A stretch of 64,000 nucleotides of DNA from Minisyncoccota bacterium (GCA_041674925.1 JBAYUW010000004.1:482-64481); one strand, 5' to 3'. Positions 42,781 through 53,013 are shown, numbered from the stretch's first letter. Translations and numbers: made by a program. The notes: generated by a model from the sequence alone, not told the origin.

Positions 42781-45424
42781 AAGTTAACTTAAGACGATAG
42801 AAAAATTTTCGGATTTCCTCCACCCATAAAATGGATGAGGCGATTAGGATAATCATCAACCATTCTGATAAAGTCAGAGCCGTGGTCTTAAACAGATTTT
42901 GCATGATTGGATTATAAACCAGACAAAGCTGTAGGATAATAACTATTACCATCGCTCCTAATAAATACTTATTAGAAAATGGATTCATTTGAAAAACTGA
43001 TTTTGATTCGTGCCGACAATTCCAGGCATTGAACCATTGAAAGACGGCTAAAGTTGTCACCGAAATCGTCCAGGCTTTGGTCAAATCATCAACAATATAA
43101 AAACTGAATAAAATTAATGTTCCGACGACCATCGGAATCGCCATCGAAAACATTCTTTGAACCATCAATTTATCGAGAATATATTTTCTCGGCTTATCAA
43201 ATTTAGCCTGAAGTAAACCGCTTTCTTTTGGATCCATCGCCAGAGAAACATCGAGAAAGCCATCAGTCACAAAGTTTAGCCAGATGATTTGAGCTGGCAA
43301 TAAGGGTAGAGGAAAACCAAGTATCATTGCGCCCATGATCGTCAAAGCTTCTCCCCAACTGGTCGAGAAAAGATAGAGAATAACTTTTTTAATAGTTTTA
43401 TAAATATTTCTCCCCTCTTCAACGGCGCCAATTATACTACCAAAGTTATCGTCGAGCAGGACGATATCAGAAGCTTCTTTAGCGACTTCCGTTCCAATTT
43501 TTCCCATCGCCACACCTAAATCCGCCGCGACCAAGGATGGAGCGTCATTCACACCATCACCAGTCATGGCTACAATTTCCCCTCGAGTCTTATAACAATT
43601 AATAATTCGTAGCTTATGTTCAGGTGTAACTCTTGCGAATACTGTAACCTTGGCTAATTTTAAAGACAATTCTTTGTCTGATAAATTATCAACATCGGTT
43701 CCCGATAAAACTTCATCACCTTTTTTATAAATCCCCGCTTCAGTTGCTATCGCTTGAGCGGTAATTTTATGATCCCCAGTAATCATCACCACTCGCATAC
43801 CAGCATTGTGTGCATCAGCCATGGCCAAAGCCACCTCTGAACGCAGTGGGTCTTTCATTCCCAAGAAACCAACGAAAGATAATTTATCAATAAATTTATC
43901 GGTCAAAATATCAGTAAAATTATTTTTAACCGCCAAGGCGATGATTCTCAAACCCTCTTTCGACATTTCCTGAAAGACTAATTCTAATTTATTCTTTATT
44001 TCATCAGAGAGATGCTGACAGCGATTTAGAATTTCTTCTGGTGCACCGACAACAGCTAGGACTTCATCTTTATCAACCTGATGAACAGTAGCATGATACT
44101 TTAATTTATAATCAAAAGGTAATTCCGCCAAAACAGGATTTTCTTTTTCCAAACTATCTTTATGGAAACCGAGTTTCTGGCTAAAGACCAGCATCGCGGC
44201 CTCGGTCGGGTCGCCAGCCACCCGCCAAACTTTTTCTGCTTCGGAAAATAAAACTCTGGCATTAGAACAGAAGGCACTCAACCTACCCATCAAGGCTAAC
44301 TCGGGATGATTTATCGGATCAATTAAGTTACCCAATAAATGGATTCCACCTTTTGGTTCATAGCCATTACCTTCAATTTCAAACAGTTGACCGGAGGCCA
44401 AATACACTTTCTGAACCGTCATTTCATTCTTAGTAATCGTTCCGGTTTTGTCCACGGCAATCACCCGCGCTTGCCCCAGAGCTTCCACCGCCTGGAGTTT
44501 TTTCACCAAGGCATTACGTTTAGACATTCGCCAAACACCTGTAGCCAAAACAAGTGTGATGACGATCGGTAAACCTTCGGGAATAATAGACACCGCCAAA
44601 GAAATCACTGTTCCAAACATTTCTCGATAAGATTTTCCAGAAAAAACTCCGATTAAAAACAAGATCACGCTCATGAGAGACACCACTAAAATAATCAAGC
44701 GGGAGAGATTGCGAATATTTGTCTTTAAAGGCATTTCAGCATCAATCGCCGACAATTCTTTTGAGATTTTCCCAATCACCGTATCTACCCCGGTCATCAC
44801 CACCACAGCTCGCCCGCTGCCAGCCAGAATATTTGTTCCCTTAAAAAGCATGTTGTTCTGATCGGCGATCGTCAGTCCACTTTGATTTAATGGGTCAATT
44901 ATTTTTTGTACTGGTTCGGATTCTCCTGTCATGGTTGACTCATCCACCTTTAAGTTTGTGACGGCAATAAGCCTGGCATCGGCCGAGACCTTTTCTCCTT
45001 CTTGCAAGATTAAAATATCCCCGGGGACAATTTCTTCATCAGAGACAATCAACTCTCGACCATCACGTAGAACGGTCGCCTTAGTCTCGGTAATTTTTTT
45101 CAAAGCCAGTAAAGTATTTTGGGCCTTACCTTCCTGGATTGTACCAACTAAAGCATTAAAAATCAGAACGATTAAAATAATTATACTATCGACAACCTCG
45201 CCCATCAAAAAAATAATCAAACAGGCTAATAATAAAATATAAATAAGTGAACTTTGAAATTGCCTGAGAAAAATTATAAAATAATTATCCACCTTACCGA
45301 CTGGTAATTTATTCGGGCCATAATCGGTAAGTCTTTTCTGAGCTTCATTTTCGGTCAAACCTTGTTCATTTGACTGGACTCGCTCCAAGACGTCTTTGCT
45401 GCTCTGCTGATAAAAATCTTTCAT
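42779..45424 (-). CDS. cation-transporting P-type ATPase (Ca2+ type, P2)
   Basis: 881 aa with TGES, DKTGTIT, MITGDH, TGDGVNDAPSL and about 10 TM helices. Confidence 0.85.
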   Translation of the reverse strand: MKDFYQQSSKDVLERVQSNEQGLTENEAQKRLTDYGPNKLPVGKVDNYFIIFLRQFQSSLIYILLLACLIIFLMGEVVDSIIILIVLIFNALVGTIQEGKAQNTLLALKKITETKATVLRDGRELIVSDEEIVPGDILILQEGEKVSADARLIAVTNLKVDESTMTGESEPVQKIIDPLNQSGLTIADQNNMLFKGTNILAGSGRAVVVMTGVDTVIGKISKELSAIDAEMPLKTNIRNLSRLIILVVSLMSVILFLIGVFSGKSYREMFGTVISLAVSIIPEGLPIVITLVLATGVWRMSKRNALVKKLQAVEALGQARVIAVDKTGTITKNEMTVQKVYLASGQLFEIEGNGYEPKGGIHLLGNLIDPINHPELALMGRLSAFCSNARVLFSEAEKVWRVAGDPTEAAMLVFSQKLGFHKDSLEKENPVLAELPFDYKLKYHATVHQVDKDEVLAVVGAPEEILNRCQHLSDEIKNKLELVFQEMSKEGLRIIALAVKNNFTDILTDKFIDKLSFVGFLGMKDPLRSEVALAMADAHNAGMRVVMITGDHKITAQAIATEAGIYKKGDEVLSGTDVDNLSDKELSLKLAKVTVFARVTPEHKLRIINCYKTRGEIVAMTGDGVNDAPSLVAADLGVAMGKIGTEVAKEASDIVLLDDNFGSIIGAVEEGRNIYKTIKKVILYLFSTSWGEALTIMGAMILGFPLPLLPAQIIWLNFVTDGFLDVSLAMDPKESGLLQAKFDKPRKYILDKLMVQRMFSMAIPMVVGTLILFSFYIVDDLTKAWTISVTTLAVFQWFNAWNCRHESKSVFQMNPFSNKYLLGAMVIVIILQLCLVYNPIMQNLFKTTALTLSEWLMIILIASSILWVEEIRKFFYRLKLT

Positions 45425-45433
45425 GATAAATAT

Positions 45434-46399
45434 TTATTTAATAAAAATTTCTAGGCTAATAAATAGTAAATAAATCAAAAGCAGAATCCAACTTTCTTTG
45501 GTTGAAACTTTTCGTCCGGTCAACATAAAATAGATAAAAAATATAACTGAAACAAACAGAGCTAGACGACTCCAAAAATAAGAAAAAAAATCTATATTAC
45601 TGATTGGCGAAATGAGTGAGACTAGACCCAGGACCAAACAAGTTGATACCACGGTCGAACCAAAAAGATTCCCCGCCATGAGTTCACCTTCTTTTTTGTT
45701 GGCCGAGAAGGCTGAAAAATAAACTTCTGGCAAAGCCGTACCCAAACCAACAATCAGGACACCAATCATCACGAGCGGCATATTTAATTTCTCAGCAAAA
45801 AATATGGACGATTTGACAATACCCTGTGACGCGGTCATGAGCAATACGGCCCCAAAAATAAAGCCACCAAAGTCTCTAAAAAATAAAATAATTTTTTTAA
45901 GAATTGAAAGATTATTTTTTGTCCTCAAATCGTCAAAAGGGATGTCATGTCTCTTGCCATTTTTCAGCATTCTTAAGACATAGACCACAAATAGACCTAT
46001 TAATATCAGACCGTCGATTCTGGATAAATCACCATCTAAGATTAACAGTAATGGAAAGAGAGCGATGAAAGCAGAGAACAGAGCAGTCGTTTTAACTGTC
46101 TTAGATCGAACCCAAAAACCACCGCTAACCAAAACGCAAATAAAAATCGCCGCCGTAAAATGAACGATGTTTTGTCCAATAATATTACCGAGAGATAATT
46201 CGGGTATACCCCTTAAGGCCGAACTGATACCGATAAAAAGTTCTGGCGCGGCAGTCGCCAAAGACATCAACAAGAAAGCCACTGTAAACCGTTTCAAGCC
46301 TAAAAACTCGGAAATTCTGGAGAGGGACTTTACGAGCCAGCTACCTGAGTAGATTAAAAGTAAGCAAGAAAACAAAAACAATAAAATATAAAAAGTCAT
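45434..46399 (-). CDS. Ca2+/Na+ antiporter (CaCA / YrbG-like)
   Basis: 321 aa with two alpha-repeat motifs (ATAAPELF and GTALPEV). Confidence 0.75.
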   Translation of the reverse strand: MTFYILLFLFSCLLLIYSGSWLVKSLSRISEFLGLKRFTVAFLLMSLATAAPELFIGISSALRGIPELSLGNIIGQNIVHFTAAIFICVLVSGGFWVRSKTVKTTALFSAFIALFPLLLILDGDLSRIDGLILIGLFVVYVLRMLKNGKRHDIPFDDLRTKNNLSILKKIILFFRDFGGFIFGAVLLMTASQGIVKSSIFFAEKLNMPLVMIGVLIVGLGTALPEVYFSAFSANKKEGELMAGNLFGSTVVSTCLVLGLVSLISPISNIDFFSYFWSRLALFVSVIFFIYFMLTGRKVSTKESWILLLIYLLFISLEIFIK

Positions 46400-46440
46400 G
46401 ACTAACTTATTTTAGCAGATTTTATGATATAATTAAAGGA

Positions 46441-46686
46441 ATGGACCAAGTGATAATAACTCTTGAAAATAAGATTGCTTTAATTTCTCCTATTATTTTA
46501 TGGCTGATCTTTATCGTGATTTTTCTCTTTGCTCTAGTTTTTACTCTCATCCTAAATCATCATTGGCGTCTGTATGAAAGCACTAATCCTAAAATGCATC
46601 GTGGGCGATTGCTTTATTTTTGGGTCTTAGGTTTGCTTCTTTTATCCGCCTTGATTTCTTTAATCATTTTTCAAAACCTTAATTAA
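46441..46686 (+). CDS. small two-TM membrane protein
   Basis: 81 aa, immediately upstream of the PH-domain protein (ydbS/ydbT-like pairing). Confidence 0.4.
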   Translation: MDQVIITLENKIALISPIILWLIFIVIFLFALVFTLILNHHWRLYESTNPKMHRGRLLYFWVLGLLLLSALISLIIFQNLN

Positions 46687-46690
46687 AATT

Positions 46691-47209
46691 ATGACCGTCT
46701 TATTAGAAAATGAAAAAAGTATAGCTGAAGTCCGAAAACATCCTTTTTATTTTTATACCCAATCGCTGGGTTTAATGATTCTCATGATAGCACCTTTTTT
46801 TATTTTTAGGATTTTTTCCTTGATAATCAACTGGACCTATTTAACCGCCGAAGTTGTATCTTTTTTAATCTTTGCCTATACAATGTTTTTATCAGTAATT
46901 TGGATACTTTTGTTTATTTCCTGGACCGACTATTTTGTCGATGTTTGGATTATTACCGATACTCGAATCATCGATTTTGAACTTAAGGGCCTATACCATA
47001 AAGATGTGGCCAGTGTCAGACTTGAAGATATTGAAGATGTGAAAGTCGTGGTCACCGGTATCATTGAGTCTTGGCTAAAGATTGGTAATTTATATATTCA
47101 AACCGCCGGCATGGAAAGAGAGTTTGTGATAAAAGGCGTTTGCGAACCAGATAAAATGAAACTAGCAATCATGAAGGCGGTTGAGGCTCATCATCAAAGT
47201 AAAAACTAA
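46691..47209 (+). CDS. membrane protein with bacterial PH (bPH_2/YdbT-like) domain
   Basis: EVRKHPFYF, two TM helices, then a beta-rich C-terminal domain. Confidence 0.55.
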   Translation: MTVLLENEKSIAEVRKHPFYFYTQSLGLMILMIAPFFIFRIFSLIINWTYLTAEVVSFLIFAYTMFLSVIWILLFISWTDYFVDVWIITDTRIIDFELKGLYHKDVASVRLEDIEDVKVVVTGIIESWLKIGNLYIQTAGMEREFVIKGVCEPDKMKLAIMKAVEAHHQSKN

Positions 47210-47457
47210 GCTCGTCTTAGTACTTTGACGATAAAAAGAAGAATGATCGCGCCAATAATAGCGACAATAAAGCTATAGAGATTAAAACCATTCACTCCAC
47301 CTTGGCCTAAGATACTCATTAGCCAGCCACCAACGACCGCACCAACGACACCCACAACAATATTCAATACGACCCCCTGCTCAGCATTTGTGCCCATAAT
47401 CATCGACGCAATCCAACCCGCTAAAGCCCCAAAGATAATCCAAATTATTATTCCCAT
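47206..47457 (-). CDS. GlsB/YeaQ/YmgE family stress membrane protein
   Basis: 83 aa, MGIIIWIIFGALAGWIA..GVVGAVVGGWL: typical transglycosylase-associated family sequence. Confidence 0.8.
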   Translation of the reverse strand: MGIIIWIIFGALAGWIASMIMGTNAEQGVVLNIVVGVVGAVVGGWLMSILGQGGVNGFNLYSFIVAIIGAIILLFIVKVLRRA

Positions 47458-47500
47458 ATATTTATAATTTATTACTAATTAATAAAATGACCTGATACTA

Positions 47501-48268
47501 TCAATGCCGTCTGAAGTAGTTAAAAATTACAAAATAGATAAACGCTATCAAACAAATAATTGTTGTAATAGTAATACTTGCGTATTTCCCATCAAAACCA
47601 GATACTGAGACATGCTTGAGTAAGATTCCAAGATACGCCCAAATCAAGACTAGACCGTAAGCTATATCTTTGTCTTTATTCATTCTCAAAATACCAATAA
47701 GCGCTCCAACTAATAAAATAATACTTGTCCAGACAAAGTCAGCGAGACCAAATCCTTGCCAACCAAGACTGACTAAATAGACAGAAATATTGGCAATGGC
47801 TGCGACCGTAATCCAACCAAAATACACACTAAATGGCAGTCGAATAAAAACTTTTTGCGATGGTGTGAAATTTTCTACTCGTAAAATATCAGCAATTTTT
47901 ATGAGTGAGACAAGCAGAACAATCATAATCAAAACCGATAGACCGATATAATCATAATGCCAAGCAAAAATCCAACACACGTTAGCTAAAGACGTGAGAA
48001 TAAAAAACGGGTTAATTTTTTTAATAAGATCAGCTATTTTTTGTTCTTTATTTACAAATTGATATAGAACGTAACCAGCGAGTAAAAGATAAATCAAACC
48101 CCAAATCGAAAAAGTAATCCCGGCTGGGGCAAAAAGATTTGGATAGGCGTCAGATATTTCACCCGTCGAACGATTATTGATTGGTAAAGCGTTGGCCAAG
48201 AAATTTACCACGATCATCGCAATATAAGCACCCCCAGCAATTATTTTTATTAGTATATTTTTTTGCAT
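47501..48268 (-). CDS. multi-pass membrane protein, TspO/MBR-related (tentative)
   Basis: 255 aa. NFLANALPINNRSTGEISDAYPNLFAPAGITFSIWGLIY resembles long TspO-like proteins of Firmicutes (from memory). Confidence 0.4.
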   Translation of the reverse strand: MQKNILIKIIAGGAYIAMIVVNFLANALPINNRSTGEISDAYPNLFAPAGITFSIWGLIYLLLAGYVLYQFVNKEQKIADLIKKINPFFILTSLANVCWIFAWHYDYIGLSVLIMIVLLVSLIKIADILRVENFTPSQKVFIRLPFSVYFGWITVAAIANISVYLVSLGWQGFGLADFVWTSIILLVGALIGILRMNKDKDIAYGLVLIWAYLGILLKHVSVSGFDGKYASITITTIICLIAFIYFVIFNYFRRH

Positions 48269-48269
48269 G

Positions 48270-48791
48270 TTATTTTGACTCCAAATAAAATCTCCAGAGT
48301 TTTTTCATGTCTCTTCTGGTCAAGGTATCTTCAATATCACTTTTCTTCATCCAGACAAATTTGGCGATGGCCAGTTCCTCCTCTGAAACTTCTTGTTTTT
48401 CTAAGTTTGCTAATTTGGCAAAAACTAAATGATAGTGAGCAAATCTATTGACCTGTTTAACCGTATGATAAAAAAGTCCATGTGAGACACAATTCATCGG
48501 CAGTATTTCAGCAACATTTTTATAACCGGTTTCTTCCAAAATCTCTTTACGCACAGTGTCTTGTAGAGTGTCTCCTGGTTCGATTCCACCCGTTAAAAAT
48601 CCGCACCAACCATTGCTCCATTTTGCAATCAGATACAAGTTTTCCGTCGGATGTTGAATGATTACAGCTATAGGATCACGCTCGACTATACGCACATCTG
48701 GTCGAAAATTATCCAATCCCCCACTTTCGTTTATATCAGCGTCTGGATAAAGCTCCAATATTTTCTCTTTTGTTAAATTTGGTTCCATCAT
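48270..48791 (-). CDS. NUDIX hydrolase
   Basis: NUDIX box GGIEPGDTLQDTVRKEILEETGY. Confidence 0.8.
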   Translation of the reverse strand: MMEPNLTKEKILELYPDADINESGGLDNFRPDVRIVERDPIAVIIQHPTENLYLIAKWSNGWCGFLTGGIEPGDTLQDTVRKEILEETGYKNVAEILPMNCVSHGLFYHTVKQVNRFAHYHLVFAKLANLEKQEVSEEELAIAKFVWMKKSDIEDTLTRRDMKKLWRFYLESK

Positions 48792-48826
48792 CTAACAAAT
48801 ATATCAGAAATGTGCCCAAAGTTCTA

Positions 48827-49459
48827 TTAGTCTAATTTGACTTCTATACCATCTCCGACAAAAGTGTATTTTCCGTCCTGGACAACAATACCCTGTCCGT
48901 CTCTTAATATTCTTAATGGATATTTTAAATTTTTCATTTTAGTTCTAACCTCTAGTTCTTTTTCGTCTGCATAATGAGCCCTTAAGCAAAACGGAATATA
49001 GTTGAGCGCTGTAAAATCAGAAACCCCAAACCTGTCTATTGTCTCATCGCTCCAATCTGAGACTTCAATAGTCGGACACATAATATATGACCCGGCGCTG
49101 GTGCCAATGTAAACCCTATTCTCACTAAGTAATTCTTTCAAAATATCAGCAAAACCTGTTTCCCTTATAATTTTTAGAAGATAAAAAGTATTACCGCCTT
49201 CAATATGAATAACATTTTTGTCTTTGAAAAAAGTCAGTAGTTCTTCTTTACTTTTATCTTTAATATCTATCTCTTCAAGGTTATAACCATTTTCTCTTAT
49301 AGTTGGTATTATGATTTCTTGCACTCGTTGACCAAAGGTTCTAGCACCTTTTGAGGCCGTGGTAACATAACCAATTTTCATCTTGTCTTTTGAAATACCA
49401 GTTAGGTTGTAGCCATATTTCAAGAGAAAACTTAAATCTGAAGCGAGAATGAGTTTCAT
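48827..49459 (-). CDS. peptidase E (S51 family dipeptidase)
   Basis: IHIEGGNTFYLL and the GTSAGS nucleophile motif. Confidence 0.75.
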   Translation of the reverse strand: MKLILASDLSFLLKYGYNLTGISKDKMKIGYVTTASKGARTFGQRVQEIIIPTIRENGYNLEEIDIKDKSKEELLTFFKDKNVIHIEGGNTFYLLKIIRETGFADILKELLSENRVYIGTSAGSYIMCPTIEVSDWSDETIDRFGVSDFTALNYIPFCLRAHYADEKELEVRTKMKNLKYPLRILRDGQGIVVQDGKYTFVGDGIEVKLD

Positions 49460-49776
49460 AAAGTATTACTATCCTTTATTTTCCAATTAATCTCAAACGA
49501 AATAGAATATTTACCAGGAATTTTCCACTTAGAAAATCTTAAGCATAAAAACTGAAACTTATTTTCAGCAATTTTACCCAGCCCCCACCGATTCAGGGTC
49601 AATTCAATATCGATGACGCCACCCGAACTTCTGTCCCTCACGATGTTAAAGGCACCTACGATAACTACTAACAGCCCGAGTCCCTGAGCGCCAGGGCTGT
49701 CGTCGTATCCACCATATATAAATAAAAATATACCGAGCAGTATTGCCAGTATTGAAAATATTATTTTACTATTCAT
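49456..49776 (-). CDS. small membrane protein, 106 aa
   Basis: Two TM helices. A 4-nt overlap with the peptidase E gene. Confidence 0.35.
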   Translation of the reverse strand: MNSKIIFSILAILLGIFLFIYGGYDDSPGAQGLGLLVVIVGAFNIVRDRSSGGVIDIELTLNRWGLGKIAENKFQFLCLRFSKWKIPGKYSISFEINWKIKDSNTL

Positions 49777-49808
49777 CTTATAAATATAACAGAAATATTA
49801 CAAAAGTT

Positions 49809-50294
49809 CTATAAATAACTATCAAACCAAATAGCATGACAAGTATATCCCCCCGGATTCTTTTGCAGATAATCTTGATGATAATCCTCGGCTGGATAAA
49901 ACTTAATAAGTGGCTCTAAAGTGGTAACCACGGGATTAGGCCAGCGTTTTGATTTGTTTACAATTTCAATAAAGTTTTGAACCTCTTCTCGCTCCCCTTC
50001 ATTGCTGTAGAAAACAGCAGAGCGATACGAAGTGCCCATGTCATTACCTTGTTGATTTAAAGTGGTGGGATTATGGATCTGAAAGAAAAAATCCAGCATC
50101 TTTTTGTATGAAGTTTTTTCTGTATCATATTCAATTTCTACCGCTTCAGCGTGACCAGGATGATTTTCGTATGTTGGATTATCATTCTGACCGCCAGTAT
50201 ATCCAACCCGAGTATTTACGACACCAGGCTGTTCTCGAATCAAATCCTGTAACCCCCAAAAACATCCGCCGGCCAAGATTATTTTTTTAATCAT
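49809..50294 (-). CDS. msrA: peptide methionine (S)-sulfoxide reductase MsrA
   Basis: The GGCFWG active site near the N-terminus; 161 aa. Confidence 0.9.
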   Translation of the reverse strand: MIKKIILAGGCFWGLQDLIREQPGVVNTRVGYTGGQNDNPTYENHPGHAEAVEIEYDTEKTSYKKMLDFFFQIHNPTTLNQQGNDMGTSYRSAVFYSNEGEREEVQNFIEIVNKSKRWPNPVVTTLEPLIKFYPAEDYHQDYLQKNPGGYTCHAIWFDSYL

Positions 50295-50307
50295 GATTCT
50301 TATTTTG

Positions 50308-50676
50308 TTATTTATCCTGCCCAGGAATAAATTTCATTGAGACAGAATTCACACAGTGTCGGATATTCTTTTTCGTTAAATTTTCGCCTTTAAATATATG
50401 ACCGAGATGTCCGCCACATTGGGCACAGGTTATTTCAGTTCTGACCCCGTCTTTATCCAAATTTTTCTTCACCGCATTTAAAATCTAATCATCAAAACTT
50501 GGCCAACCACAATCTGATTCGAATTTATCTTTCGAGTCATAAAGTGGGGCGCCACACTGGCGACAAACATAAATTCCGGTCGCTTTATTATTTACATATT
50601 CACCAATAAAAGGTGCTTCTGTTCCCTTATCGATAATAATTCTTTTTTCCTCTGGGGTTAATTCTTTCATTTTCAT
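50308..50676 (-). pseudogene. msrB: methionine (R)-sulfoxide reductase MsrB interrupted by one in-frame TAG
   Basis: Track ORF ends ..CGWPSFDD at TAG 50485-50487. The same frame continues [40 protein letters not shown] to TAA at 50308. Confidence 0.7.
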
Positions 50677-50709
50677 TTTTCTAATTCGAACGGGTAGTGA
50701 TTAATATTA

Positions 50710-50973
50710 TCATTTGTGGCGATGGGGGCAACCACCCCAACAACATGGTCGACGTACTCCTTCCTTGAGTTCGACGCGCACTCTTTCTACGTGTTGTTTT
50801 CTTGTCTTTGTCTTTTTAACCGATGTGACCCAACAAATCCATTCGTTACGAGCAAGTGGAGTTATATCCTCCCACATTTTTAATGCTTTTTTATCTGAAG
50901 TCAAGACATTAAGTAAATCGCTTGGTACTTCATGTATCACACCCTTAGAAATTTCTTTTTTAATCATTGTCAA
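50710..50973 (-). CDS. YdeI/OmpD-associated family protein
   Basis: 87 aa; LARNEWICWVTSVKK.TRKQHVERV is typical of the family. Confidence 0.6.
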   Translation of the reverse strand: MTMIKKEISKGVIHEVPSDLLNVLTSDKKALKMWEDITPLARNEWICWVTSVKKTKTRKQHVERVRVELKEGVRRPCCWGGCPHRHK

Positions 50974-51361
50974 TATCTACTATCACCTTAAACCCACCAT
51001 AAGCAAAGCGTTTTATATCAAAGGGAATGGGTGTATCTTTGTATTTTTCAGCTTTCTTATTCATCTCGGTCATAACTTTTTTATTTACCTGATCACGGTG
51101 CGCCTTGGACTTATAGACAATAAAAGAAAACCACACTGATTCGTTTTTCTTTGCCTTTATCATTTTTGGAAAAGTAAGCGCTGGAGTCATTCCACCCATG
51201 TTCGGGTTCATGTCCTCACCCACACATTCTTTATAATCAAGCGCACCGTATTTAAGCCACATTTTGGCTCCTTCCTGGGCCATTTTGTGATAATCGGCAA
51301 AATTTCTTTTTGGCACCACAAGCACAAAGCCATCAATATATTTTTTGCTATTTATTTTCAT
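50960..51361 (-). CDS. DUF1428 family protein
   Basis: YIDGFVLVVPKRNFADY..MWLKYGALDYKECVGEDM matches DUF1428 (YbaA-like) as I recall it. Confidence 0.65.
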   Translation of the reverse strand: MKINSKKYIDGFVLVVPKRNFADYHKMAQEGAKMWLKYGALDYKECVGEDMNPNMGGMTPALTFPKMIKAKKNESVWFSFIVYKSKAHRDQVNKKVMTEMNKKAEKYKDTPIPFDIKRFAYGGFKVIVDIDND

Positions 51362-51460
51362 AGTATTATTTAAATTAATATAAAATGTCTTTTAATAATT
51401 AATTATAACAAAATGAGATGAATTTTACATTAATAAGAGGAAGTCAAAAATTGTTTTGTA

Positions 51461-51492
51461 TAAAAAGAACCCGCCAGCAAGCCAGCGGGTTC
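51461..51492 (-). terminator. rho-independent terminator of cassette N
   Basis: Minus strand GAACCCGCtggcttgctgGCGGGTTC followed by TTTTT. Confidence 0.75.
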
Positions 51493-51513
51493 TCCGTTCT
51501 GCTTGTTAGCGGG

Positions 51514-51927
51514 TTATTGAGGAAGGAGCTTGATGTTCATATTCTGGAGATCTGCTCCACCGGCCTCGATCTGGATCTTACGGCTGGTCGTCTTGGACCA
51601 AGGCACTCGAATGACGATGCATCCGACTTTGACTTCACGTAGTGCCGCCTGAACTCCTTTGATGAAATTCGCCTGGAGATTATCACCAAAAGAACAAAAA
51701 CGGCAGAGAAACTCACGACTGCTTATCTGGAGTCGCACCGTGTGGTCGCCACGCTGATCGCGCACTTCCACGGCCAGATAATACCTGGCGGGCGACTCGC
51801 AGTCTCCCTGGAACCGATGGACAACAAAGTCGTTGTCCGCCACCGGTGGCGGTTCCTGTGTCTCCCAGTATTGAGCCAGAAATTCCTTCAGCTCACACTC
51901 CAGACTCTGGATAGTTACCAGTTGCAT
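51514..51927 (-). CDS. hypothetical protein, 137 aa (GC-rich cassette N)
   Basis: MQLVTIQSLECELKEF.. No motif recognised. Own promoter, an 80-nt structured leader and a terminator. Confidence 0.5.
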   Translation of the reverse strand: MQLVTIQSLECELKEFLAQYWETQEPPPVADNDFVVHRFQGDCESPARYYLAVEVRDQRGDHTVRLQISSREFLCRFCSFGDNLQANFIKGVQAALREVKVGCIVIRVPWSKTTSRKIQIEAGGADLQNMNIKLLPQ

Positions 51928-52013
51928 ACTGGACCTTCTTTCTTCCTATATGCCGAATCACCGCGCAAAGATGCGATATTGCGCACATTCGGCATTGTTT
52001 GCATCCATACAGT

Positions 52014-52041
52014 ATTATACAAACGAGAAAGCTTTTGTCAA
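52014..52041 (-). promoter_or_regulatory. promoter TTGACA-N16-TATAAT (cassette N)
   Basis: Minus strand TTGACAaaagctttctcgtttgTATAAT. Confidence 0.55.
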
Positions 52042-52214
52042 TTTAAACTCCCTATGGCGAACAAGCTCAGAACTGCAATCAGGTTGTATTGAACGAGAAC
52101 TGTAAATGAGTAAAATTTTACAAACTTTCGACTACGTTCAATTCCTTAGTGATTATCCTTGCAGAATGTTCAGCATCAGACGGTCGATCAAAAAGAAACG
52201 AACCTTTGAAGGAT

Positions 52215-52601
52215 TTATTTTCTAAAAAATAATGGGAACCAATATTCATCGTCAGACCACATTTGAGAAAATGGAATAGAATCGAGAGAAAACCATTCCG
52301 GTCGCATTTCTTCAGTCTCTATTGGTTCCCCGATAAAATGAGTTAGCTTAAAAATGTGAACTTCCAAAACTTTTTCGTCGTTTTGAAAAGAAAAATCAAG
52401 TACTCCTCTTTTTTCTAAGACACCATCCGTTATTCCAGTCTCCTCACCAATCTCTCGAAGCGCACCTTGTTCGATTGTCTCACCCGACTCAACCTTTCCG
52501 CCAAAGCCGTTCCACCTTCCAACACCAAATCCCCTCTTCTTCATACCGAGAAGAATTTTACCATCTTTGACGGGAACACATAATGTTAGTACTTTCTTCA
52601 T
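52215..52601 (-). CDS. NUDIX hydrolase, MutT/NUDT1-like
   Basis: NUDIX box GGKVESGETIEQGALREIGEETG; 128 aa. Confidence 0.8.
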   Translation of the reverse strand: MKKVLTLCVPVKDGKILLGMKKRGFGVGRWNGFGGKVESGETIEQGALREIGEETGITDGVLEKRGVLDFSFQNDEKVLEVHIFKLTHFIGEPIETEEMRPEWFSLDSIPFSQMWSDDEYWFPLFFRK

Positions 52602-52629
52602 AAATTTTTATCCTTATCTATGACTATAT

Positions 52630-53013
52630 TTATAACTTATACTCCCACCCTGGTTGCCATTTAAAAGTCGAGGATATTAATTTTTCTATTGGAAAAGGTA
52701 CGTTAATCCTCTTTGGTTTTTCCGCTTCCACTTCAGCACTAGGATACTGAGTATAATCTCCATAATTACACTCCCTTAATCTAGCATCTTTTATAATTGG
52801 CCATTTATTACCAAAACCAATCTCGGCACTTTTAACTGCTCGTTGTAAATCAGACACAAAAATTACATCAAAATGATCATTCATATATCTTTCGCCCATT
52901 TCTTTTGATTGTTTTTCTCCTAAAGGTGATAAAGCCACATCATTCCAGCCAGATGATAAATGTGCCTCATTATCAAAAGTTGTCCCGTGAGCTTCAAAAA
53001 TTATCGTCATCAT
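52630..53013 (-). CDS. histidine phosphatase (PGM-like) family protein, short
   Basis: IIFEAHGTTFDN (AHG in place of the canonical RHG), FVSDLQRAVKSAEI, RLRECNYGDY. Only 127 aa. Confidence 0.55.
   Translation of the reverse strand: MMTIIFEAHGTTFDNEAHLSSGWNDVALSPLGEKQSKEMGERYMNDHFDVIFVSDLQRAVKSAEIGFGNKWPIIKDARLRECNYGDYTQYPSAEVEAEKPKRINVPFPIEKLISSTFKWQPGWEYKL

Noticed and set aside
50485-50487. In-frame stop in msrB as selenocysteine or a reassigned codon
   Set aside because: The codon is TAG, not TGA. It is not at the catalytic Cys position (RHCVNS is intact). TAG clearly terminates many other genes in the window.
51742-52092. 116-aa plus ORF overlapping the cassette N start and leader
   Set aside because: It is antisense to the well-signalled 137-aa minus ORF and has no expression signals of its own.
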